DNA of 64,000 nt from contig NC_043007.1 of the NCBI RefSeq assembly GCF_006345805.1, positions 8,556,001 through 8,620,000 on the forward strand, in the 5' to 3' direction. The notes below the pieces were generated by a model. That model worked only from the letters and a program-made list of their open reading frames with translations. It was not told the DNA's origin and searched no databases. Positions 1 through 12,100 of this stretch are shown here, one piece after another. The first letter of the stretch is position 1; every line of letters begins with the position of its first letter. Source of the stretch: Octopus sinensis. Taxonomy: Eukaryota. The translations under genes were made by a program, and so were the position numbers.

Positions 1-140
1 GAACTTAATACGTAAATCATATTCATACATTTAACTGAAAACTACATAATTGAGTCACAGGCCGAGAGATTTATGCAATGCATACGCCAATGCACAAAAC
101 TCTTTGTTAATTAATCTTAATTAGTGAAAATTATATATAT

Positions 141-570
141 ATATAATTGCCAAGCAAGCGTGATGTCCTGTACGGGACAGTGCTACTGACGTTTATAGCC
201 CCCAGAAAGACATTTCTTCCAGCTGGCTAATGACACACGTTCTGTGTCTAATTAGTATTTGTGAGGGGAGGTCATTGCTCACATCTCTAGCCTTACGTGA
301 TAGACACGGACTTGAGTTTCTGGGTGGTTACCTGTTCTCAGCTTGTGTTAATCACCAGCTAGTGATGAAAACTCACTCCACTCGCAAAATACTTCATGCT
401 TTTTCCAGCAACAAACAGTCGCTGATCTTAGAAAAGGAGAAATAAGCTATATTAAATCTCTGAGTGAGATATGAACAGTAGCAATACGGAATTGTAAGAT
501 ATAATTGCCAAGCAAGTGTGCCATTCTATATGGGACAGTGCTACTAGCGTATATAGCCCCAAAAAGATAT
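141..570. repeat. Small element with ~65-bp terminal direct repeats in TA-rich flanks
   Basis: ATATAATTGCCAAGCAAG...GGGACAGTGCTACT...TATAGCCCC at 141 and 499 (period 358). Confidence 0.7.
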
Positions 571-1679
571 ATGTATATCTAAAGTGGCTGAGTTCTTTTC
601 AAGCATTGCACATGATGGAGGCAAAGTGGCTGAGTTTCTTTTGATCGTTGAGCCTCACGGAGGCAATGACCAAGACCTTTGGTATTATGTCGTGCTTGAG
701 AAGCAAATCCATCAAGCTGAGCAAAATCACAGTTGTGGCAAATATCAGTGTCTTACGAATTGGCACTCAAGCTGCTGGCACATAAACGCACCGTGGTGTC
801 ATACCAGTGGCACATAAAAGCACCCACTACACTCTCGGAGTGGTTGGTGTTAGGGAGGGCATCCAGCTGTAGAAAACCATACCAAATCAGACGTGAGTTT
901 GGTGCAGCCTTCTGACTTGCCTGCCCTCAGTCAAACCATCCAACCCATGCCAGCATGGGCAACAGACATTAAATGATGATGATATATATATGTACACACA
1001 TACTGGCAGGATGGTGTTGTTAAAAACATTGCTTCCCAATTCTGTGGTTTTGAGTTCAATCCCATAGTGCAGCACACTGGACATCTCCTGATATAGCCAC
1101 AGGCAAACTAAAGCCTTATGAGTGGATTTGATAGAGGGGAACTGAAATCAACCCATTGTGCTTGTGTTTATGTGTGCAAGCACATGTGTCTTTAGGGTTG
1201 TTCATATTTGTGCTTCTCCAAAAACAAACAAAAAAAAAACACTTAGCTACAAGCGGTGAGGCTGTTGTCATTTCTCTCGTCAACAAATCATCTATTTGCT
1301 GATGAAGTGAGCCCTTACTTGTAAAAGCCAGATATAGGCTAAGGACAGGAGGGACATTCAGCTGTAAAGCAATAATTATTTCTACTCTAGGCACAAGGCC
1401 TTGCAAACTTTTGGAGAAGGGAGCTAATCAATTATATCGACCCCTGCGCATAACTGGTACTTATTTCATCGACCCTGAAAGGATCAAATGCAAAGTCAAC
1501 CTTGTCTACTAAATCTACTCACAAGGCTTTGGTTGAACTGAGGCTATAGTAAAAGACACTTGCCCAAGGTGCCATGCAGTGGGACTGAACCTGGAACCAT
1601 TTGGTTGGGAAGCAAGCTTCTTAGCACACAGCCATGCCTGGAAGAGGAATTTTAAAGTTTATTTTAAGAAAGAATGAAC

Positions 1680-2200
1680 AGTTGCATCTTCATGCCAGTC
1701 TTCTTTGCCAATGCCATCAGGAATTACAACCGTGTTTCGTGATCTGCTACCACAACAGCTCCTTTATAGGATCCAGTTAGCTCAAGACATCATCAGGAGG
1801 AACCACGTCCGGGGTGATATCCAAGAGAAACACAAGCCTGATATAGCATGGCCCTAATGCCATTGTGAACATTGTTGTTGGAACGAAACAAAACAGAGTA
1901 GAAACTGCAAAAAACCTTGTCAGATGCATTAACAGTTTGGCCAAGCCACCATCCACGGTTGGTAACATTTCTACTGCTCTTGAGCAGATGCAAGACAAAG
2001 TTGAAAAAACACTGAAATTCTATATATTGTGGAACTGAGATTTGGATGGTGTGTCGTCAGCAGATGCCTGCCACAGAGGAAGTCCAGTAGACCGAAATCA
2101 CATGTTCCAACAGTTCCAGTACCATAACAGATGATTCTTGCTTGCTATGGTCTATGTATGTGCTTTTTTTTATTCATGCGCCCATATGAGCTAACCCTAC
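1680..2200 (-). pseudogene. Heavily decayed LINE RT fragment, possibly RTE/BovB-like
   Basis: Broken frames containing CDFGL and IRAMLYQACVS recall the post-YADD region of RTE RTs. Weak evidence. Confidence 0.35.
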
Positions 2201-2649
2201 AGCATTCAGTAGTCTAACTAGACATCCACCTTACATTGGAATATAAAGATTGCCTTTTTGCACAAATACCACTTCCATCACTAATAATTATTTGTGTGTG
2301 AATGTGTACATATATATCTTGTTCATTTTATGCTTGACTTTACTATGTTAGATGAATATATTATTGAGGTATTGTTTTACAGCTGGATACTCTTCCTGTC
2401 ACTAACCCTTACCTGGATTTCTTATTCCATATGTCTTTGAAAGCAAAAACAAAATGGATAATTTGTTGACTGAGGAAATGATAAAGACACTGTTTGTAAA
2501 TCAGTGATTCTCAGAGAAGCACAAATATAAATATACACACACTTATAAACGATAGACTACTTTCAGTTTCCAGCTACCAAATCCACTCACAAAGCTTTGG
2601 TTGGCCTATGTCTTTAACTGAAGACACTTGCCCAAGATATTGTATGCAG

Positions 2650-2688
<39 letters not shown>

Positions 2689-5600
2689 AATGTGTGTGTG
2701 TGTGTGTATACAAATTAAATGAAACAAAAAAAACATACAAATGAAACTGAGGTGGCTGACAAATCAGTAAAGCATTGCAAGAACTAGGAAACTAAAAATG
2801 AACAAACAAGGAAGTCATAAGAGGAGGATGATGATGATGATAGAAGAAGGCACCTAGATGCAAGAGGGGTGGGTTGGCATCAGGAAGGTCATCTGGCCAC
2901 AGAAAACTCTCTGCCCAAATGATGATGATGATGATCTGACATAGTGAGTTTGTGATTTGGTTGTAAATATTAGGTGTAGGATCAGGTGTGACTGTGCAGT
3001 TAAGCAGTTTGTGTGTGTCTTCTTCAACCACAGGCTCACCAAACCACTTACATGGCTTTGGTAAGCAAAGAAGCCTCGTGTGTGTGTGTGTGCGCACGTG
3101 TGTGCATGCCCATGTGTGAGTGTGTGTGTCCTTGACCTGACATCGTGTGATGGCTGTAAACTTGTAAACGAGCATCACCGTCATACAAGTGGTGTTGTTC
3201 GTTGCCAGTCTTTTGTGGGAGACATGTCTAGTCATTGGGGAAATGTTACTTTGCTTGGAAACAGGTGAGGGATTGGCAACAGGAACAATATCTGGCTGAA
3301 GAGATTCTACTTCAACAAATTCTGAGCCATTCAAGCATGTAAAAGCAGACATTAACTGAGGACCATGTCTTCATGTAATCTGTCGGCTGTCTTCATCATA
3401 TTGGAGGACTTGTCTAGATCATTATCATCATCTAATGTTTGTTTGTCATGCTGGTATGGGTTGGATGGTTTGAAAGGATCTGGCAAACGACAGGACTGCT
3501 CTGAGTTCAAGTGTCAGCCTTAGCATGGTTCCTAAGACTGGATGCCCTTCCTAACACCAACCACATTACAGTGTGTACTGGGTGCCTGTTCGTGCCATTG
3601 GTACTAATGAGGTTGCTGAGTAACTTACAAGACAGGCAAAAGAGGAAAAGGAGACAAGGCTGGTCGGAGCTGGTGGTGTATTTGAGAGGGAGGAAGGGGT
3701 GGCTTTATGCCAGGTGTTGAAAGGCTTAAAGTACAATAAAGCGTCAAGCATAGGTATCTTGATATGGAGGAGGTACATGGCTGCCACACATATAGAAGTG
3801 GGTGGAGGTAGTTGGGGAGGAGATGAAGATGGTAGTGATGGCACACCAGAGTAAATTCTCAAGGTATAAGAAGAAGGTGAGCATAAGAGAGGATGGAGAC
3901 AGTGGATCAGGGGATGGGGAGGAGAGTATGAGATGGTTAGACATAAGGGTAGAGGTGAATGTAATGATAGATGAATAAGGGTGGAGGTACAGATTGATAG
4001 GAAATATCAGTATGGAGAGAGAGAGAGAAGTGGTTCAGGAAGAAGAGATCAGAAGGTAGGGAGGTGATGTGTAAGGTGTAGGAGTTGTGAGGAGGGATAT
4101 GTAAGGGTACTTAAATGTAGCTATAGGGAGTTGGGTGTGATGGTGGATATGAGAGGGTGCTGAGAATGAAAGCGGGTATGAGAGGGAGAAAAACAGCAGA
4201 TATCATTGAACTAAATTATTTCAAAGCCCTTTTCTCAATAAATATGATAATTTGTTAAAAGGTTAATGAATGGAATGATTAATTAAATATGAGAAACAGA
4301 AGACCAACATATTAATACGGAAACTGGTATAAAAACAATGGAGGTTATCTTGGCTGTACAAGGATATAGAGGACAAAAGACCTCCATGAAGTAAAAAGCA
4401 AGGTTTTTGGCAACAAATTGAGGTGATGTAGAGGCTGGAAATTAATTGCCTTTTTAAAATTTTTCTTTTTTTCTTTTTTTTTTTTTACCTTAGATAGTAT
4501 TTTTCAGTCACAATGTTTTATCGTGTGTTCATTTTCTGAAAGATAAAGCTTGCCATTCCATGAAGGTCAAGCTTTATACCAGCTGCCAAAGTGAAAACAA
4601 GAACACAAGATATGAAGAAACTTCAAAAAACCCAAATCATTTTGTTCTGAACTGAATGACAATCAGAGGGTCAGCAGCCATGTATCTCCTCTATAGCAAG
4701 ACCCTTATCCCTGTCCATCTATCATACTTTAGCCTCTCAACAGCATAAAGCCACTGCCCTCTCTACTGCAGCCCCACTCAGTCAGAGTATTGGAAACCAC
4801 ACTAGACCTGGTGTCATGTAAAATAAAAAGCATCCATGACACTCTGCAAAGTGGTTGGTGTTAGGAAAAGTGTTCAGCTGTAGAAACTATGTCGAATCAG
4901 GCATTGGAGCTTAACACAGTCCTCCATCTCATCAATGGATCCTGTCAAACTGTCTGACTCATACAGGTATGGAACATGGATGTTAAATGGTGATGATGCG
5001 AAGTGGAGGATGGAAGGCAGTGGTCCAACCCATTACAGGGCTTCTGACACTTATAAGAGGAAGGCATCCTTGAACCAGAAGCTTGGCCTTATCATTTGCA
5101 ATTGTGTGGCATCCATCAAAGAGACGCAGGTCCTAGGTGATGGTGTAAAACTGGGTGACAGCATGTTTGCCAACCATGCAGGCTATGAAGGAATTTGAAC
5201 TTGGAATACAAAGGGCTGGCACACATACCACAAAGCTTCCATCCAATGCTCTTACATTTCTGCCAATCCACTGCCCTCAACTGGATGAAAAACAAAGCTG
5301 GCCTCAACAGAATTTAAACAGAGAAGCTGAAAAAATACAGCTGAGCATTTTAACGCCACAGCCATGCTGGTCACTAATTCTTGGAATGAATCCTCAAATT
5401 AGAAGATCTACAAGTTCCAACAAACCTGCCAATTCATCAATGATGAATGCCTTTAATTAAAGTCAAGTAATTAATTATGAAATGAGTGGGACAAATACAT
5501 ATCATGTCTAATTAGTAAAGCAGTGTTTGTTTCTAAATTCTCTAAATCTTCACAAATGGTCAATTCTTTCCTTTTTTAAATATTTAATATTGAAATAATT

Positions 5601-6068
5601 CAGCCAAAATTAGGAGATTTGTTGCATGATGGCACCATGGGCAAAGGTCTTCAACCGTAGCCTTTTGGGTGCAAATTAGTTGACAAAGACGAAATAACTA
5701 CTCCTAACCGGGATCTATTTATGCCCTTGAGTGCTAAGGTATCAAACTTAATTGATCATCAAGTTAACCCCACTAACTTGCTCCTTGGATGCCTTTAGCA
5801 GAATCTAGTTTGTTACAAGTATCAAGATCAAGTCACTTGTCTAAGGATAACTTTTACTCCCTACCCACCGCTATACCTAGACACCCTAAAAAGGGATCAA
5901 GGATGCAGCCCTTCCTCTTCTGACTAAACCAGAGAAGAAGAAAAAAGGCAGGTGATGCCTATAAAACATGCAGACCCTCCCTGATCAGAAAAGCTTAGCA
6001 CATATGAAGTGTTTAATTTGGCAAAGAAATTTTACCAACCCTAGAATGGAAGATTATATAACACATAC

Positions 6069-6167
6069 CTTCATTGACAGAGCTTCTTTCACTGAATGTA
6101 AATTCTTCCAGCGTAAATCAAAGTCTTTCTTTACTGTCCCATGGTAAAAGATCAAACAGTCATAAAT
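6069..6167 (-). CDS. PSME4: PSME4 exon (IYDCLIFYHGTVKKDFDLRWKNLHSVKEALSMK)
   Basis: 99 nt, ttttAG / GTATGT. Confidence 0.9.
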
Positions 6168-9100
6168 CTAAAAAAATAATGGTTAAAAGAAAATAGAAAT
6201 TAAGATGAGAATATTAATAACTGATTAATTGTCAAGGATGATGACAAATAGTGTTATTTCAACTGACTGTAATATTTAATTGGTTCTATTTTTGTTGACC
6301 CCTAACGAATGAAATATATTTTCGTTCATGCTATGATGGGTTTTTATAGACTTTCAACACACCATTTTTCTTGATGAGGCTTCTCAGTATTTCTTACCAA
6401 ATCTTCTTCAGTCTATCTCTACAATAGTAATTCTATCTGCCTAAACTCACAGCAGTTTATTACAGGTCTGTGTATTTAAACCAGTGTAGGTATTCTTCCT
6501 TTAAACATCAGCCAATATTTTCTTCTATGTCCAGCCATTAACTCATGCTAGTTATGCTTAAATTTCATTGTAAATTAACAACGCAGATCCAGTAGAACAC
6601 ATTCAAGTCCTTGTTCTGTAATTACTGCCTGTCTCTCACCATTCCGCAGCCATACTTGCTTCAATGAATCCTTCTAAAGTCAATAAATTAGAGTAGGTGT
6701 CAAGAATTAGGATGAATCTAACCAACTGTTTTGTTCCATACTCCCCAGATATTTGGTCTTGTTTCAAAGAAATGAATATTACCAAAGAGAAATATTTTCT
6801 GTTATATTAATGTGTGTGCGTGTGTGCGTGTATGTGTGTATACATGGCTGTGTGGTTCACAAGGCTTTGGTCATTGTGGATCTGTATTAGAAGATACTTG
6901 CCCAAGGTGCCATGCAATGAAAGTGAACCCATGACCATGTGATTGGGAAGCAAGCTTCTTAACCACACAGCCACACATGCAACAGCTGAATTTGAGATGT
7001 GTTTCGTAAAAGAAGACCCATAAAAATAAGATTGACAGCTAGTAAAAAGATATTCTTATATTTTTATTTTGTTACATTAGAAAGCACATCACGCAGAATA
7101 CAAACTGAATTTAAAAGAATTGTAAAAGAAAGGACAAAGAAAAAATACAAGAAAGAAACAATGATGAGAATACTTACAGTAATGATCTTGAGAAGATTTT
7201 TAGTATCATCTTCACAGTGGGTCAGGAGATAGTCTGAAATAATTTTGAAAGAGGAAAACTAATTAAAAAAAGGATCATTTAAATAAATTTTAATACTAAA
7301 ATACTTGATTATATGTCACGTAAATGACACCTGTGAATTATAGTCATGGTCATTGCAGGTGTCATGTAAATGGTACCTGTGTTGATGGCATGTAAAAGCA
7401 ACCCTTACACTCCTGGAATGGTTGGCATTAGGAAGAGTATCAAGCTGTAGAAACCATACCAAATAAGACAGGAACATGGTGCAGCTTACCATTTCAAGCC
7501 AAATTGTCTAACCTATGCCAGCATGGAGAGTGGACGTTAAAGGATGCTGCTGCTGCTGCTGATGATGATGATAATGAAAAATTATCTCTAGATATTTAAA
7601 TATTTAACTGTGGTTTTCCTTTCTTCTCTTCCAGTTTCCCCTTTTTTTTGACTCCTTCACCACCACTTCAATGCATCCACCACCTATAATGAATTCAGGT
7701 GTGTGTGTGTGTGCGCATGTACATGTACAGACATACACAATACAAAGACATATACACCGAGCTGGACTTACAAATAAGTAAAAATAGAGTTCTCATTACA
7801 TGGAATAGAGCTCCTTCAATTATTCAAAATTCCATTCCATTCCATTGCAACTCTGAGTTTCCTGTTTCCATTTTACCCCAGGAGTGGCTGTGTGGTAAGT
7901 ACCTTGCTTACCAACCACATGGTTCCGGGTTCAGGCCTACTGTGTGGCACTTTGGGCAAGTATCTTCTACTATAGCCTCGGGCAGACCTCGGCCTTATGA
8001 GTGGATTTGGTAGATGGAAACTGAAAGAAGCCCGTTGTATATCATTATCATCATCGTTTAAAGTCCGTTTTCCGTGCTAGCATGGGTTGGACGGTTCGAC
8101 CGGGGTCTGGTAAGCCAGGAGGCTGCACCAGGCTCCAGTCTGATCTGGCAGTGTTTCTATAGCTGGATGCCCTTCCTAACGCCAACCACTCCATGAGTGT
8201 AGTGGGTGCTTTTTACGTGCCACCGGCACAGAAGCCAGTCAAGGTGGCGCTGGCATCGGCCACGTTCGGATGGTGCTTTTTCTGAACGTAGCCGATGTAT
8301 ATATATATACATGCTACATGGCAGTGAAACATGGGCCGTGACTGCTGAGGACATGCGTAAGCTTGTGAGGAACGAAGCCAGTATGCTCCGATGGATGTGT
8401 AATGTCAGTGTACTTACTCGACAGAGCGTTAGTACCTTGAGAGAAATGTTGTACCTAAGAAGCATCAGTTGTTGTGTGCAAGAAAGACGATTGCGCTGGT
8501 ATGGTCATGTGGCGAGAATGGATGAAGATAGGTGTATGAGAAAGTGCCAATCCCTAGCAGTTGAGGGAACCCGTGGAAGAGGTAGACCCAGGAAAACCTG
8601 GGACGAAGTGGTGAAGCACGACCTTCGGACGTTAGGTCTCACCATGGAAATGACTAGAGACCGAGACCTATGGAAGTATGCTGTGCGTGAGAAGACCCGG
8701 CAAGACTAGTGAAGCCATAATCCGTGGCCCCTACCTGGGACGTAGTCAGTCCACCTGTGCATACCTTCCTTCTTGTGACACTTGTGAAGACCTGTTGAGG
8801 CAAGTGAGAATCGAATCGAATCAAATCAAATCAAATCGAACCAAATCAAAATAGATGAACATCAATGGAATTTGTATCCTTGTGGTACCAGTGCCGGTGG
8901 CACATAAGAAAACCATCCGAACGTGATCGTAGCCAGTACCGCAATGACTGGCCTCCGTGCTGAGGGCACGTAACAAACACCATCCGAGCGTGGCCGTCCG
9001 CCAGCCCCGTCTGGCACCTGTGTCGGTGACACATAAGAAAACACCATCCGAGCGTGGCCGTCAGCCAGCCTCGTCTGGCACCTGTGTCGGTGGCACATAA

Positions 9101-12100
9101 AAAACACCATCCGAGCGTGGCCGTCTGCCAGCCTCGTCTGGCACCTGTGTCGGTGGCACATAAAATCACCCACTACACTCTCGGAGTGGTTGGCGTTAGG
9201 AAGGGCATCCAGCTGTAGAAACACTGCCAGATCTGACTGGCCTGGTGCAGCCTTCGGGCTTGCCAGACCCCAGTTGAACCGTCCAACCCATGCTAGCATG
9301 GAAAGCGGACGTTAAACGATGATGATGATGATGATGTATACAGGCTGGAGGCAGGACAAGTGAGTCCAGCCCACTTATGCATGCTTTTCCTCCCTTGGAC
9401 ACACAAAGACCTGTGAGGCAAGTGAAGTCGATATCGAACCTCATCCAACGACAGGCACCTATGCCAACCCCCCTTTGCTTGCGAAGACCTGTTCGGGCAA
9501 GTGAAATCGGAATCGAAATTGAACCAATCCTATGACTGGCACCCGGCAGATGCCAGGAACCCTGGACTGGAGATACGTAAAAAGCACTATCCGAATCGTG
9601 GCCGATGCCAGCGCCGCCTCGACTGGCTTCCGTGTCGGTGGCACGTAAAAAGCACCATCCGAATCGTGGCCGAAGCCAGTGCCACCTCGACTGGCTTCCG
9701 TGCAGGTGGCACGTAAAATGCACCAATCCGACCGTGGCAGATGCCAGCCTCGCCTGGCACCAGTGTAGGTGGCACATAAAAAGCACCCACTACACTCACG
9801 GAGTGGTTGGCGTTAGGAAGGGCATCCAGCTGTAGAAACATTGCCAGATAAGACCGGAGCCTGGTGCAGCCTTCTGGCTTCCCAGATCCCCGGTCGAACC
9901 GTCCAACCCATGCTAGCATGGAGAACGGACGTTAAACGATGATGATGATGATATATATGTTTGTGTGTGTGCTTGTCCCTCCAACATCACTTGACAACCG
10001 ATGCTGGTGTGTTTACGTCCCCGTAACTTAGCAGTTCGGCAAAAGAGACCGATAGAATAAGTACTAGGCTTACAAAGAATAAGTTCTGGGGTCGATTTGT
10101 TTGACTAGAGGCTGTGTGCTCCAGCATGACTGCAGTCAAATGACTGAAACAAGTAAAAGAGTAAAAAAAAAAATATATATATATATCAAATATATTTAAA
10201 AATGGACCACAGTAATGTGTATATAACACACTGTCAAAAACCTAGAAACTGCAGTATTTATCTCAAGAAAGAATCTTGTATAGAACTTGAGACAAATGCC
10301 ACACTTTCTAAGCAGTCAACATTGTAACTGTATTAAGTATGATATACAGAATGCTATTTTGAACCAATACTGCTTCCATCACTAATAACGAATATACACA
10401 CACACACAATTGATTCTAAGCTGATGGTTAATTGTGCTTCTACTGCAACTTTTAAACCTCTGCCTCTTCATTGAGACAACAATTTTTTTTATTTTTGTCA
10501 CTTGAACACCAAATGTACCGAGTGTCTGTTTTTCTTTTTCTCTCTCAATCACACATACCCATCACAACACTTTCATTTCTTTTGTGAATATAGGCATGTG
10601 TGTGTGTGGGGTGGAGGGTGAGCTTACAGAAGGTTTTCGATGGATAGTAGCGAACTGGCCAGGTTGCCAGCTTGCCCGATGGCAAGTGGGACCCCTTAGG
10701 CATTAGAGTCCATATATGGGGACCCATGCTAGTATGTAATTAAATGATAGCATTGTAGTCACAGGTGGGCCCCCTTAGTCTCTTGGCAACCAATACTTAT
10801 AGACCCAATCCACCACTGGATATATATCTACAATTTTGATGGAGAAGCATGTTAATTTGGGTTCGTCCCTTTTCAGATGATTATTAAGAACAGAAGAGGC
10901 TGAAAGTAGGCAACTCACTGAGTAAAGGTTGGATTGCATCAACAACAGCAAGCCGGATACAACTTCCATTAAAGGTGATTCCTGAAAAAGAACAAACATT
11001 TGGTAAACTAATTATAAATCACAAAGGAGACCTCAAACATGTCTAACACTGCCCTCAAGTCCAACATCCAATAGAATATAAGGAGATTTAAAATAACAAT
11101 GGTATTACAATCACTACGATTCAATCATTCTCATGGGCATTACATGTCTTGGAATACATTTTATAATGCATCTCTCCTTTTCCAAAATTTTAGCAAGTTA
11201 TTTGAAGTAAATTTGGCTGTCGTTTCTGTCAGAGCAAGCAATAATACAGAAGCACCTGCATGGCCTTTCAGACCATGAACCAGTTTTATAAAGTTTATCA
11301 GCAAAACCAGTTTTCTAAAAATATTTTTAAAAACCTGGCTTTGTGCTGAGTTAAAGGAAATAATTATTAACTACTTTTAAGGCCCTTGAAAATAAAATAA
11401 AATAAAATAAAATCAATAAACTAAAATTAAAGACGAAATTACCTTCAGTCATTGATGCAGAGCAGCTAAAAGTCAATAATTCCACTTCGGATTCCACTCT
11501 GTTAATAGAAAGGAGCTTAATTGCTGAGAAAGGAGGCAGACTATTGGCAGAAATAGTTCCCTTTTTCACAGACAGCATACATAGCATAGACTGAAAGCAG
11601 AAGCACACGCACACGGATCAGTGTACTTAAGTTGGAAATTAGTGTCAGAAAATCGTAGCTAGCTTTGTAAAATATTCTTTCCCAAGAAAGAATATTTTTT
11701 GTCTAAATATATAAAGAAAGAAAGAATATTTTTATCTCTTTTACCCAAGAGAATTCTTTCAAAGACATCTTTAATTACTTTGCTTTCCATTTTATCATAA
11801 TTTTGTTTTCTTTTAAATAATGCTTTTCATTTTTTATTTTAAATTTTAAATTCTCTTGTTCACAAGATGGTAAGGAAAGTTTGTTATCAAAAATTTCCAC
11901 ATAAACTGAGGAAGTTTAGTGGAATAGGTAGTCAGTGGGACAATCAGATTGCTCCAGTGTGTTCGGTGTAAATTTACAAAGACCAACAATGAAAATCTCT
12001 GAAATATGATGGAAGCTTTTGACATGACAAAAACACAATGAGGAGACGCTGTTGCGGTTGCCAAAGTCTCAGTTCTGTTGAGTGATCAACTAAATGGTAA

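Noticed and set aside
225-400. CTAATGA/GTGATGA motifs as hammerhead cores in the 141-570 element
   Set aside because: No correctly placed GAAA and no supporting stems.
2737-2792. AG...GT-bounded segment reading SCNALLICQ as the next PSME4 exon
   Set aside because: Similarity to the expected HIRALLIDRV peptide is too weak and the length does not fit. The next exon is probably outside the window.
7881-7950. tRNA-like sequence with A/B boxes
   Set aside because: It is a SINE head repeated many times, with no complete cloverleaf.
8885-9170. CRISPR-like look of the ~63-nt palindromic repeats
   Set aside because: No unique spacers and no cas genes. The context is eukaryotic and the array is part of a LINE 3' UTR.
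8846-9919. Many overlapping 60-200-aa ORFs (WLDALPNANH-type peptides) here and at other tail copies
   Set aside because: They are translations of the GC-richer RTE 3' UTR/tail and recur wherever the repeat occurs.
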